A stretch of 64,000 nucleotides of DNA from a virus (taxonomy: Duplodnaviria > Caudoviricetes). A model generated the notes under the pieces. That model had not been told where the DNA came from and made no database searches. It saw only the letters and a list, made by a program, of their open reading frames with translations. The position numbers and the translations under genes were made by a program. This document shows, one piece after another, positions 46,375 to 55,252 of this stretch. Within the stretch, counting starts at the first letter, position 1. The number at the start of each line of letters is the position of its first letter. The stretch lies in the IMG/VR virus record IMGVR_UViG_3300023047_000002. One strand, written 5' to 3'.

Positions 46375-48339
46375 CTAATCTCTGATAAGTTCGACCGTAA
46401 GGTTCTCAGGCACAAAGTTGCTCGGTGTAACGACCGAACCGTCCTTGACATCCAAACGATAATTCATAGCAGAGATAATGCCTTCAAACTCATTCGGGAG
46501 CGAAGCACATCCAAACCCTTCATGGAACACCTTATCTCCCCAAGGTGACACTGTAACTGACTCGTCATTCTCAGGATTTTTGTACGTGAGTTGTACACGT
46601 GCATTGACATCCTCATCGAAGTTCAGAACTATCCACGGATGATGGGTGCCACTTGCATAGATAGCACCAAGGATATTGTGTTCTGCATTCACAAGAATTT
46701 TCTCATGAATCTGGACTTTGACATTTGCAGACTTCGTGAGATCTTTATCTGCAAACAACTCATACATGGTATCTCCTGCAGCTGCATCGCCTTGGACATA
46801 GAAGGTACGACCAATCCACTCAGCAACACTGTTTTCGATGACACGAACTTTAATGAACGTGTCTGTGCCATTACCGTCTTCCCAAACCTTGGCGGCTTTA
46901 CCATCGGCAAGTTTATTTCCATCCATGTCATAAGACGTAAAGGTGCAGCCAATATTGTTCCAGTTACCGGGTGCATTATTGACGGTATCCCATATATCCT
47001 CATCAGGATATTTCTCATAATATTTCTTCAAGCCACCATGTTCAAGAGATTCGTTGAATGCGGCAGCCTGTTCTTCTGCAGTTCCAAGTCCAATACACTC
47101 TGCACGTTTGTCGCCACCAAGCCAGTCAATAACTTCATGCGAGGAAAGAATGTCGCTTGCCTTTACGAAGTAAGCACCCTCAATGAAGTCCTCATTGTCC
47201 GCAGGACGTTCAGGAACGATGATAATATTTCCGTCTCTATCTTCATTGTACGACAGACACTCATAATAAACATCATCGCCATTACTGAATGCTTTGAGAC
47301 GAATAGCGAGGTCACCGATTTCACCATCTTCATTGAGGTCAGAACCACCCATAACAAGACCACGAGGTTTATCCGATTCATCCGCTTCAAAGTCAGCAAT
47401 AGGCATCGCAAGGTCGCTTTCAGGAACAACCAGAGTTGCGATTTGAACTTCAGGAGTTCCAATCTTGTTATATCCTGCAAGAGTCGGATCGCCATTGGCA
47501 TCAACAGGATACTGACAAATGTATTTCTTAATACCACTTTCCGTAAAAGAGCTGCGAAGATTTACAGGCAGAATGCTCTTTTCGCCAGTGTCTTCATCTG
47601 TAAGAATTGCCAGGGCAAGACCGATACGGACGATTTCAGTTGCATCGTCAAAGAGTCTTCCTTCGATATTGTATTCTACACCATCGACCATAACGGTACA
47701 GAACAACGGTGAGTCACCGAGTAACTCATGGTTCTTTTTCTCTTTTGCAACCGCACATCGAGTGCCTTCAATCAATGTATGGGTTTCACCGATTTTGGAA
47801 TCCAATGTTGGATGAAGAACCAAAACATGACCACTCTTGACAACGTACTGAGTACGCGGGTCATGCACAATGTCCTGACTCTCGACCACTTCTTCTGACG
47901 GAACAGGAAGCAAACTGCTTGTCCATACCCATTTCGATACAGGAGAGCGTTCCAGGAAATTACGTCCATGTGCATCGCCATCAAGTTTCTTCACCTGTGT
48001 GGTATCAAGTCGAACACGATAATAAACCTTTCCGTTTTTATCCGTGTAGCTGAACTTTGACATCACATCTATTTTGTGACCAAGACTTACGGTATCATCG
48101 CCAAAAGTCTCTTTCAGATACGGCAGAATCATTACCTCTGCATTACCCGGACAAACACGACCAACATGAAGGTACTTTGTTTCCGTACCCTCCCCACTTG
48201 CCAGTTCAAAGTCCTTAACATCCTCAGCAAATGATTCCGATATTGGTGCGACATTAGACGTTCCAAGACGTACTTCATGTTCAAAACTCCGAACAAAAAG
48301 AATTTTTTTCAATGCTTTCATACTTATACCGATGCTCAT
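46375..48339 (-). CDS. Acidic hypothetical virion protein
   Basis: ORF of about 654 aa downstream of the tape measure gene; basic leader. Confidence 0.7.
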   Translation of the reverse strand: MSIGISMKALKKILFVRSFEHEVRLGTSNVAPISESFAEDVKDFELASGEGTETKYLHVGRVCPGNAEVMILPYLKETFGDDTVSLGHKIDVMSKFSYTDKNGKVYYRVRLDTTQVKKLDGDAHGRNFLERSPVSKWVWTSSLLPVPSEEVVESQDIVHDPRTQYVVKSGHVLVLHPTLDSKIGETHTLIEGTRCAVAKEKKNHELLGDSPLFCTVMVDGVEYNIEGRLFDDATEIVRIGLALAILTDEDTGEKSILPVNLRSSFTESGIKKYICQYPVDANGDPTLAGYNKIGTPEVQIATLVVPESDLAMPIADFEADESDKPRGLVMGGSDLNEDGEIGDLAIRLKAFSNGDDVYYECLSYNEDRDGNIIIVPERPADNEDFIEGAYFVKASDILSSHEVIDWLGGDKRAECIGLGTAEEQAAAFNESLEHGGLKKYYEKYPDEDIWDTVNNAPGNWNNIGCTFTSYDMDGNKLADGKAAKVWEDGNGTDTFIKVRVIENSVAEWIGRTFYVQGDAAAGDTMYELFADKDLTKSANVKVQIHEKILVNAEHNILGAIYASGTHHPWIVLNFDEDVNARVQLTYKNPENDESVTVSPWGDKVFHEGFGCASLPNEFEGIISAMNYRLDVKDGSVVTPSNFVPENLTVELIRD

Positions 48340-48410
48340 CGTTCGTCTCCTACAAAGCCCCTTTAACAAACCACAAAAATTTTAACGTTACACGTTAGAT
48401 GTTGACAACA

Positions 48411-51400
48411 CTAAACTCCAAAACCGACAGCAGGACGGAAAGGCATAGCTGCATTTCGAAGTTCGTTTGTCCGACTGGTTCTATTCTGTTCCTTAACTTC
48501 ACGAGTCAATTCTCTTACCTCACGAGATAGTTCCTGCATGGATTCAGTAACCGCAATAGAATCAGCCTCATTCTTGCTAATAATTGATTGTTCCCTAAGG
48601 TAATTCAACTGCTGCATTGCAGTCAATTCCTTTAACGTTGCGTAATTATGTTCTATGGATTTGATGTAATCCTCGAATCCATCTTCAAGAGAACCGAACG
48701 CTGTAGGCATTCCGTCTCTTACACGGAATGTTCGTAACGGATTTATAGTTTCAATATCACCATCCTGCGTAACATCTACAAAGTTTTTACCAAGCAATTT
48801 TCTCATCACTGGATTCGTAAACAATGAACCTGCTTTGCTACTTAAAATGCCACGGACAAGAGCATCCTTTAAGATACCATTTCGACTTTGATGCCTGTAC
48901 TTGTTTTCCAAGAGGCCGAACGAAGAGATCATATTGAGCAAACTCAACGATTTTAAACTACTTTCGTCACTTCCACCAGAAGACATTACAGAAGACTTAA
49001 CAAGAGGAATCTGTGAAGTTGAAATTTCATCTCCTATGGGGTCTGTTTCACTTGCAACGCCGCTCGGAACAAAGTCCAACGCTTTTGAATAGTTTCCAAA
49101 GAGCGATTTAAAATACCCTGCGTATTTAAAATTCTTTTTCGGAATTTTGTTGTTCACAACGCCTGTGTTCTTAGTTCTCGTTGCTAGAAATACCTCTGGG
49201 TTATCATATTTCCCAGCACTGCCAGAGGCATTCCAGTATTTTCCATCCCCTGATGCAATTCCGACATGACCTGGTTTTTCTTTAACACCTGTGAATACAA
49301 TCATGCCAGGTTTAATGTCATCAAATCCTACACTTACCCAATCATCATCTTCAAGCAACCCTTTCACGTGTCTTGCAGCCCGAGTTACGTTTCCTTTTTT
49401 GTCACGCTTTTCTTTCAAATCATACCCGAATACGATTGAAGATACACCGTAAGAGAATCGGTTATACAAATCGTTTCTGCCGATTGATTTAAAAGCATTT
49501 GACACGAGCTGGTTACAAACAAATCCGTCCCATACATGTCCGTCACGAGGGTCTTTTTTTCCATGTAATTCATATTTCTTACCCTCATTCGAGGAAGCGA
49601 ACCTAAGCATACGTTCAATAACAGACTTTGCACCGTCAGAAAGTTCTTCATTAGTTTCACCTGTCGAAACTTTTCGTTCACTGGAAGCAAGACTATCTGC
49701 CATCGCCTTGAATGACTCACGAACATCTTGGGACACATCTGCACGTTTTGACATCGCACCAGCAAGGTATTTAACACGTTCAGGATTGTTCGCAGGTAAA
49801 ATGACCTCCACATTTCCGCCCTCTCCGACATGTGTTACTGTGTCCTTGTCAATAATGTTTCCGTTTGAATTGTAAAACACCTGACCTGCATTGGCTGCCG
49901 AAATAACATCAGCACGTGTTGAAGCTGTATTCTTATCAGACAACGTTCCTGCAATAGCCTCACCACCGGCTTTACCTGCGAAGGCTCCGCCTGTTATTCC
50001 TGCACCTATGGCCAGAGGGTTTCCGCCAGATGCAAGTCCTGCAGCAACACCACCACTAACTGCTCCTACGGCTGTTCCAACAGTTCCGTACTTAGCTACG
50101 TTCTCCTTATATCGTGCTTCAATAAGCTCACCTGCAATCTTCTGCTGTTGATTAGCAAGAGATGTTGCACGATTACCATACACTCTTTGTGACGAATCAT
50201 CTCCCTCGACTTGAGCCATCGAAGATCGTTGACGATTATCTTTAAGTTCCTTTGTAACGCGGTCGAGCTCTTCTTGTTTTTCTCTTCTGTCTTCTTCCTT
50301 ACAGACCGTCTTTTTTATTCCTTTAACCAACTCCACAACAGTCGTCACCAAACCAACGATAATAGCTAGAGGGCCTGCTACTTTTAACAGACCGCTACCT
50401 AGTTTAGTCACGCCGCCCTTTAAAAGATTACCTAACTTTCCTCCGGTTCCTTTCAGAAGATTGCCAATCTTTGTGTTACTTAAAAGGTTACTGACGGACT
50501 GTGCGGTCAGTAGGAAGATTACTGCATTGAAACCTTTGGTAATTATTTCTGCTGTAGAACCCTTACCATTAAATACCCACATAGAGCCGACAGCTCCTGT
50601 AAACTTCGACCCTATCCATGTCTCAACATTATCTTTCCACTGTTCCAACATAGGAGTTTCAAAACCTTTTTTGGCTTGTTCCGTGTCGGTAACCATGACA
50701 CCTTCTTTTCCATTGATGATCCTATCTAGCTTCATCACGTTGTCCATTGCTTTCTGGTCACCCGTGATTCCTGCTTGCTGCATGTCATGCTGAATACGTG
50801 CATCAAACGCACGTTTAACGTCTGTATTCCCATTTGCTATATCGTTACGTATTGCACGCACCATTTCCGCCATGGACATATTTTCATTGACAGACGCACC
50901 TGCATGAGAACCTATGTTGTACAGGTCTTTAAACAGCTCATCTTTTCCACGCATGTCGATACCCTGAATGTCTTTTCGGATATCATCCATTGCTGCCTTT
51001 TGTGATTCTTGCTGCGAAATACCCAAAGCCATATTCTGCTGGACTGCTTCTCCATATTCTTTCATTAGCTTTGAGGTTTCTGCATTATTCATCCCCTGCT
51101 GGCGTGACAGGGAAACCAGATACTTGAAGTCCTCATTCATCTTGGAAACATCAACACGATACGTGTTATCGCCTGAGGACATCTTCATAAACTGGTCCAT
51201 TATCTGCTTCTGTGACTCACTGTCCATGTCCATGGCATCAAGAGTCATCAAGGTGTTTTGGTCAACTTTCATACCGAACTTGTTCAAACCGACGACCATA
51301 TCCCGAGTCGTCGAATTCAAGTGTTCAGCATTGACGCCATTGTTCAACACCTGCTCTTTAATTGCCTTTACAGACTCCTCCATAGAAATGTGAACATCAA

Positions 51401-52178
51401 GACTGTCACGCACGGAATTACGGGCGTCCACAGTATTGTCCATAATGGCAACAGAAGTGTCTCGCGACATGTGATAATTACGACGCATTTCATCATTGAA
51501 TTGCTCAAACTTGGACAAACTGTTGGTTAAAAGACCTTGTATTTTCTTTAAAATCTCGACGATGACTGCATTCCTAGTTGCAACCATCTGTAAAGCAAGA
51601 GCCTCCTGTTCCTGTGATGTCTGACCTGTTTGGTTATCTGCTTTTGCTCCAAGACCAAAAGTATTTTGGTCAGAACTGTCATTACGCTGCATACGTAATG
51701 AATTGTCCAACGCCTGTTTGAAATTCTCTGCCTGTGTACCAATAGGTGTTCTACTCTGGTCATACTTACTTCCGCTACTTCCATTCCCCTTGCCTGAGTC
51801 AGCCATCGCAGGTAACGCATTGGTACCATTCTGAGAAGGTAATGGCGTACTTGGAGGTTGTGCAGGTTGTGGATTTGGTGTCTGTGTGCCAGGCTGAGAT
51901 TGCTGTGAGCTCCTGTTGCTTATCAGCTTGGAAAGCTCTCCCATAGCAGACGCCAGTGCGTCATTCGTTTTTTGTGTCTCTTTAATCGAGCGAAGAACAC
52001 CATTCAAAGCCTCTGCGGTCTTGCCCCAGAGTTTGGCCATGTTCTCGTCGGACTTCTTCTGCATCTCATGCAGACGTGTGTTTAGTACATCAATCCCATG
52101 ACGGACATCGTTGTCTGTTACCAGCACGGCATTTGTCTGTGTCACTGTATTCACTGTCGAAGAAGTCACTGTCGGCAT
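48411..52178 (-). CDS. Tail tape measure protein with NlpC/P60 peptidase domain
   Basis: Long helical Ala/Gly-rich protein with hydrophobic segments; FVCNQLVS...GHVGIASG; lies downstream of tube and sheath. Confidence 0.75.
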   Translation of the reverse strand: MPTVTSSTVNTVTQTNAVLVTDNDVRHGIDVLNTRLHEMQKKSDENMAKLWGKTAEALNGVLRSIKETQKTNDALASAMGELSKLISNRSSQQSQPGTQTPNPQPAQPPSTPLPSQNGTNALPAMADSGKGNGSSGSKYDQSRTPIGTQAENFKQALDNSLRMQRNDSSDQNTFGLGAKADNQTGQTSQEQEALALQMVATRNAVIVEILKKIQGLLTNSLSKFEQFNDEMRRNYHMSRDTSVAIMDNTVDARNSVRDSLDVHISMEESVKAIKEQVLNNGVNAEHLNSTTRDMVVGLNKFGMKVDQNTLMTLDAMDMDSESQKQIMDQFMKMSSGDNTYRVDVSKMNEDFKYLVSLSRQQGMNNAETSKLMKEYGEAVQQNMALGISQQESQKAAMDDIRKDIQGIDMRGKDELFKDLYNIGSHAGASVNENMSMAEMVRAIRNDIANGNTDVKRAFDARIQHDMQQAGITGDQKAMDNVMKLDRIINGKEGVMVTDTEQAKKGFETPMLEQWKDNVETWIGSKFTGAVGSMWVFNGKGSTAEIITKGFNAVIFLLTAQSVSNLLSNTKIGNLLKGTGGKLGNLLKGGVTKLGSGLLKVAGPLAIIVGLVTTVVELVKGIKKTVCKEEDRREKQEELDRVTKELKDNRQRSSMAQVEGDDSSQRVYGNRATSLANQQQKIAGELIEARYKENVAKYGTVGTAVGAVSGGVAAGLASGGNPLAIGAGITGGAFAGKAGGEAIAGTLSDKNTASTRADVISAANAGQVFYNSNGNIIDKDTVTHVGEGGNVEVILPANNPERVKYLAGAMSKRADVSQDVRESFKAMADSLASSERKVSTGETNEELSDGAKSVIERMLRFASSNEGKKYELHGKKDPRDGHVWDGFVCNQLVSNAFKSIGRNDLYNRFSYGVSSIVFGYDLKEKRDKKGNVTRAARHVKGLLEDDDWVSVGFDDIKPGMIVFTGVKEKPGHVGIASGDGKYWNASGSAGKYDNPEVFLATRTKNTGVVNNKIPKKNFKYAGYFKSLFGNYSKALDFVPSGVASETDPIGDEISTSQIPLVKSSVMSSGGSDESSLKSLSLLNMISSFGLLENKYRHQSRNGILKDALVRGILSSKAGSLFTNPVMRKLLGKNFVDVTQDGDIETINPLRTFRVRDGMPTAFGSLEDGFEDYIKSIEHNYATLKELTAMQQLNYLREQSIISKNEADSIAVTESMQELSREVRELTREVKEQNRTSRTNELRNAAMPFRPAVGFGV

Positions 52179-52212
52179 GGTATAAAATCTCCAAAGAACT
52201 CAAGCAAAAATG

Positions 52213-52312
52213 AAACACGTCCATAAAGGGGTCTATTTTGCGTTATACGCTATTTTCTAACACAGACGTGTATTTACCAGGGTAAGGTCGTAACTTTTTA
52301 GTACGGCGTAAA
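52213..52312 (-). repeat. Dispersed intergenic element upstream of the tape measure gene
   Basis: Matches 25730-25802 and 63973-63995. Confidence 0.7.
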
Positions 52313-52406
52313 TTTGAGGGGTATATAGACGAAAAATAAAAGGGGATTAACCTAACTGGAAAATCCCCTTGACGAAACCGAACCGTACTCTGAAAAGAAT
52401 CAATCA

Positions 52407-53348
52407 TTATCGAACAGAACGCAACACAAGTTTACGTCCTTCGTTCATTCGATACGAAGCCGAGTCACGAACCCAGTCAACAAATGCAGAAGCGTCCTTA
52501 ATGTCTTCAGCTGTTTTGACGGCGGTACCATCAGAGGTAATAACCATCGCCAGAGCATTGTTGTAAGGTACAACGTCTACAGTCAACTTATGAGGCATTC
52601 GGTCTTTGTCCGCATAATTTCCAGAATAAGAAACAAGCGAAGTCTCTGACAGGGATGAGCTATACACCCTTGTCAAATCAATGATGTAATCAGCACATAC
52701 GCTCTGCACAGAAGAGTCAATTGCACGTGCGATATTTTGAGATGTTTCGCGAAGATTCGTTGTAAGTGCGGTAACACCAACACCCAAATCGACAGAGTCA
52801 CCCTGAACATCGCTTTCAATGTGACCAACGAGTTCCATATATTCCGAAACCTGTGATCGAACGAAATCCAAGAAACTCTGAGAATCTATACGACTGTTAA
52901 TGACAGCCGAAATACCATCTTGACCCTCGATGTGCGTAATGATTCCACCGTTATCCACATCAACAGAAATCACCATTGCAGGTCTGTCATCCTCAGTTCC
53001 ATCAGACGAAGACGTAAGAGTGTCTGCATACGCTTTGAGATTCCAGGTTTCAGACCCGTCAGTATGATGAACAATATCCAGCGTAGCATCATTACCACAT
53101 CCGTTCTGAGTAAGAATACCATCAATGACCTTCTCCAAGGCCTCACGGGACTCTTCATCCTCAAAGATTTCAGTTGGCTTGTTCACGGTCAGTGATTCCT
53201 GCATAATTTCTGAATCCGAATCAATGTCACCATGATCAAAACTTTCGTACTTTGGTAATGAAAAGGAACGCTTGATTTCACGACCATAAACATCAGTAAG
53301 TGCTTCATTCTTATGAAGCAGGTTTGTTTCCTTATAGAGAGTAGCCAT
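52407..53348 (-). CDS. Hypothetical virion protein
   Basis: Acidic ORF in the tail gene cluster. Confidence 0.7.
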   Translation of the reverse strand: MATLYKETNLLHKNEALTDVYGREIKRSFSLPKYESFDHGDIDSDSEIMQESLTVNKPTEIFEDEESREALEKVIDGILTQNGCGNDATLDIVHHTDGSETWNLKAYADTLTSSSDGTEDDRPAMVISVDVDNGGIITHIEGQDGISAVINSRIDSQSFLDFVRSQVSEYMELVGHIESDVQGDSVDLGVGVTALTTNLRETSQNIARAIDSSVQSVCADYIIDLTRVYSSSLSETSLVSYSGNYADKDRMPHKLTVDVVPYNNALAMVITSDGTAVKTAEDIKDASAFVDWVRDSASYRMNEGRKLVLRSVR

Positions 53349-53368
53349 AAATCTGTCCCTCCATCAGA

Positions 53369-53965
53369 TTACGAGTCAGAAGTGGCAAGGGATACACGTT
53401 CAAGACGGTCACATGAAAAACTTGCGTTTATTGTCGTGAAACCGCCCTGCGTACCCATCTGTGGAATCTGTAACGATGTTGGAAACAGACCGTAAATTTC
53501 CCATGCACGGATAACAGAAGCATCAGGTGCAAACACAAACAACGTAGCCGTTGTTTTATAATTCACTGCAAGACCCATCAGTCGGTTTCCGTCAAAATTA
53601 TAAATCAAACGGAACCAGTCAAGAAGAAGATTCTGAACATCATAACCAATGGCATCAATACACGTGATGTTGAAAGCTCCGCCCATCTGCGGGTTCGTAG
53701 CAAAGTGCACCTGGTCATTACCACGACGTACCGGTGCTGCTGTAACACCAAGCTGAGGAAGACCTACAGACTGAACAGCAAGTCGGATAACTTCCTCATC
53801 GACATTCGTGAAAGAACGACGGGTACTGTTAATTTTATCAGGGAACTGTGTTTTCGGAAGGTCGATTTTAAGTTCCCAATGTGCGTCACGTTGAGGTTCC
53901 CAGTTTACACTGTTTGAGAAATGAGACGCACCGTAATACTGCGATAATTTTACATTGTCAGGCAT
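53369..53965 (-). CDS. Tail tube protein (T4 gp19-like)
   Basis: LAVQSVGLP...LLDWFRLIYN...YKTTATLFVFAPD...WEIYGLFPT. Confidence 0.85.
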   Translation of the reverse strand: MPDNVKLSQYYGASHFSNSVNWEPQRDAHWELKIDLPKTQFPDKINSTRRSFTNVDEEVIRLAVQSVGLPQLGVTAAPVRRGNDQVHFATNPQMGGAFNITCIDAIGYDVQNLLLDWFRLIYNFDGNRLMGLAVNYKTTATLFVFAPDASVIRAWEIYGLFPTSLQIPQMGTQGGFTTINASFSCDRLERVSLATSDS

Positions 53966-53985
53966 GATAAACCTCCTACTGATTA

Positions 53986-55116
53986 CTATTTCAGACGGTT
54001 GCGTCCGTTATACTTACCAGAAACACCAGGGCACATGCGTGTAAGTTTGACACCGTTTACATGAGCTTCAGTCATGACAGTCATCTGATGATTCTTAGCA
54101 TAAATGCGAATGTCGTTCGGATCTTCATTATTCGATTCCTGCGACAAAATGTCTGGGTTGACGTCCAACACATTTTCTTTCTTGGCATCTTTGTCAGAAT
54201 CACCTTCGATTTTATCCTCAGATTCCGAGAAATGGATATCATCACCGTCAGGAATAACCGAATTATCAGGAATCGCTTCTACAAGAGAGTTCAAATCAGG
54301 TACCTGAGTGTTGATTTCCTCTTCATCTTTCTTTCGTCTTTCAGGTGACTTTGACCACATCATAGCTTCACGAAAAGCACTCGTTGCACTCGAATCATCC
54401 GTGAAGTCTTCGAACTCTTTCGTTTTTGTGTAAATCTTTGCGAAAGGTTGGTCACCGCATTCAACGCAGACATCTACTCCTGCATTGTAAGCCTGCGCAC
54501 AAACTTTCATTGCATCCTGAAGCGAGTCAAATTCACCGCTGTACTTCTTACGTGTAGCTGAATGCTCACGAGTAATACACGACACCTTGTAAATAGGATG
54601 GTCATCTTCATTTGCCGATGCTTTGCAGATAGAAGAAACCTTGTGCACTTTCTCAGACTTCACTTTCATGCTTATAAGGCGAAGAGATTCAGACTTTCGT
54701 TTGCTGAGAAAGCAAATACGTGACGCTTTCATTGTGTCAGCATTAAGAGTGCCCTCGATACAAATAAGGCAACCTTTCTCAAGCGATTTGAGACAGCTCT
54801 CTGCAAGGTCACCTTTCGACACTTTAATGTGATAAGTTAAGACTTTTGTTTTATGGTCCTTATCAACAGTCGTGTTCATAACATCAAACATCAACGAACG
54901 CTTCATTTCGAGAGGGCTGCTGATACGACCGATGATGATGTCCTTTGTTCTTGCTTCGACAGCAAGGTCTTCCTCTGTTGCACCCATTGTTTTGCACAGA
55001 ATGTCGAACTCTTTTCGGTCTTCTGCTTCAACCAGAGAATCAGAAATCTCTGTTTTTTCATAACGCCGTACCGACATACGCTGCACACTATTTTTATGCT
55101 CTCGTTTAATAAGCAT
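53986..55116 (-). CDS. Hypothetical protein with SSB/OB-fold-like segment and basic leader
   Basis: LAESCLKSLEKGCLICIEGTL; start MLIKRE after AGGAG. Confidence 0.6.
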   Translation of the reverse strand: MLIKREHKNSVQRMSVRRYEKTEISDSLVEAEDRKEFDILCKTMGATEEDLAVEARTKDIIIGRISSPLEMKRSLMFDVMNTTVDKDHKTKVLTYHIKVSKGDLAESCLKSLEKGCLICIEGTLNADTMKASRICFLSKRKSESLRLISMKVKSEKVHKVSSICKASANEDDHPIYKVSCITREHSATRKKYSGEFDSLQDAMKVCAQAYNAGVDVCVECGDQPFAKIYTKTKEFEDFTDDSSATSAFREAMMWSKSPERRKKDEEEINTQVPDLNSLVEAIPDNSVIPDGDDIHFSESEDKIEGDSDKDAKKENVLDVNPDILSQESNNEDPNDIRIYAKNHQMTVMTEAHVNGVKLTRMCPGVSGKYNGRNRLK

Positions 55117-55252
55117 GGTTTTATCTCCTATATCGTATGAATTATTCAGAATTTCAAATTCACAATCCATGTAAACGTCCTGTACGGCGAGTAAACAGAT
55201 CCCAGAATTTACTGTCTGTTTCGATAGCCGTACAGGATATAACAGTGGTGTC

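Noticed and set aside
46591-47712. 373-aa plus-strand ORF
   Set aside because: Antisense shadow of gene 46375; no RBS or motifs.
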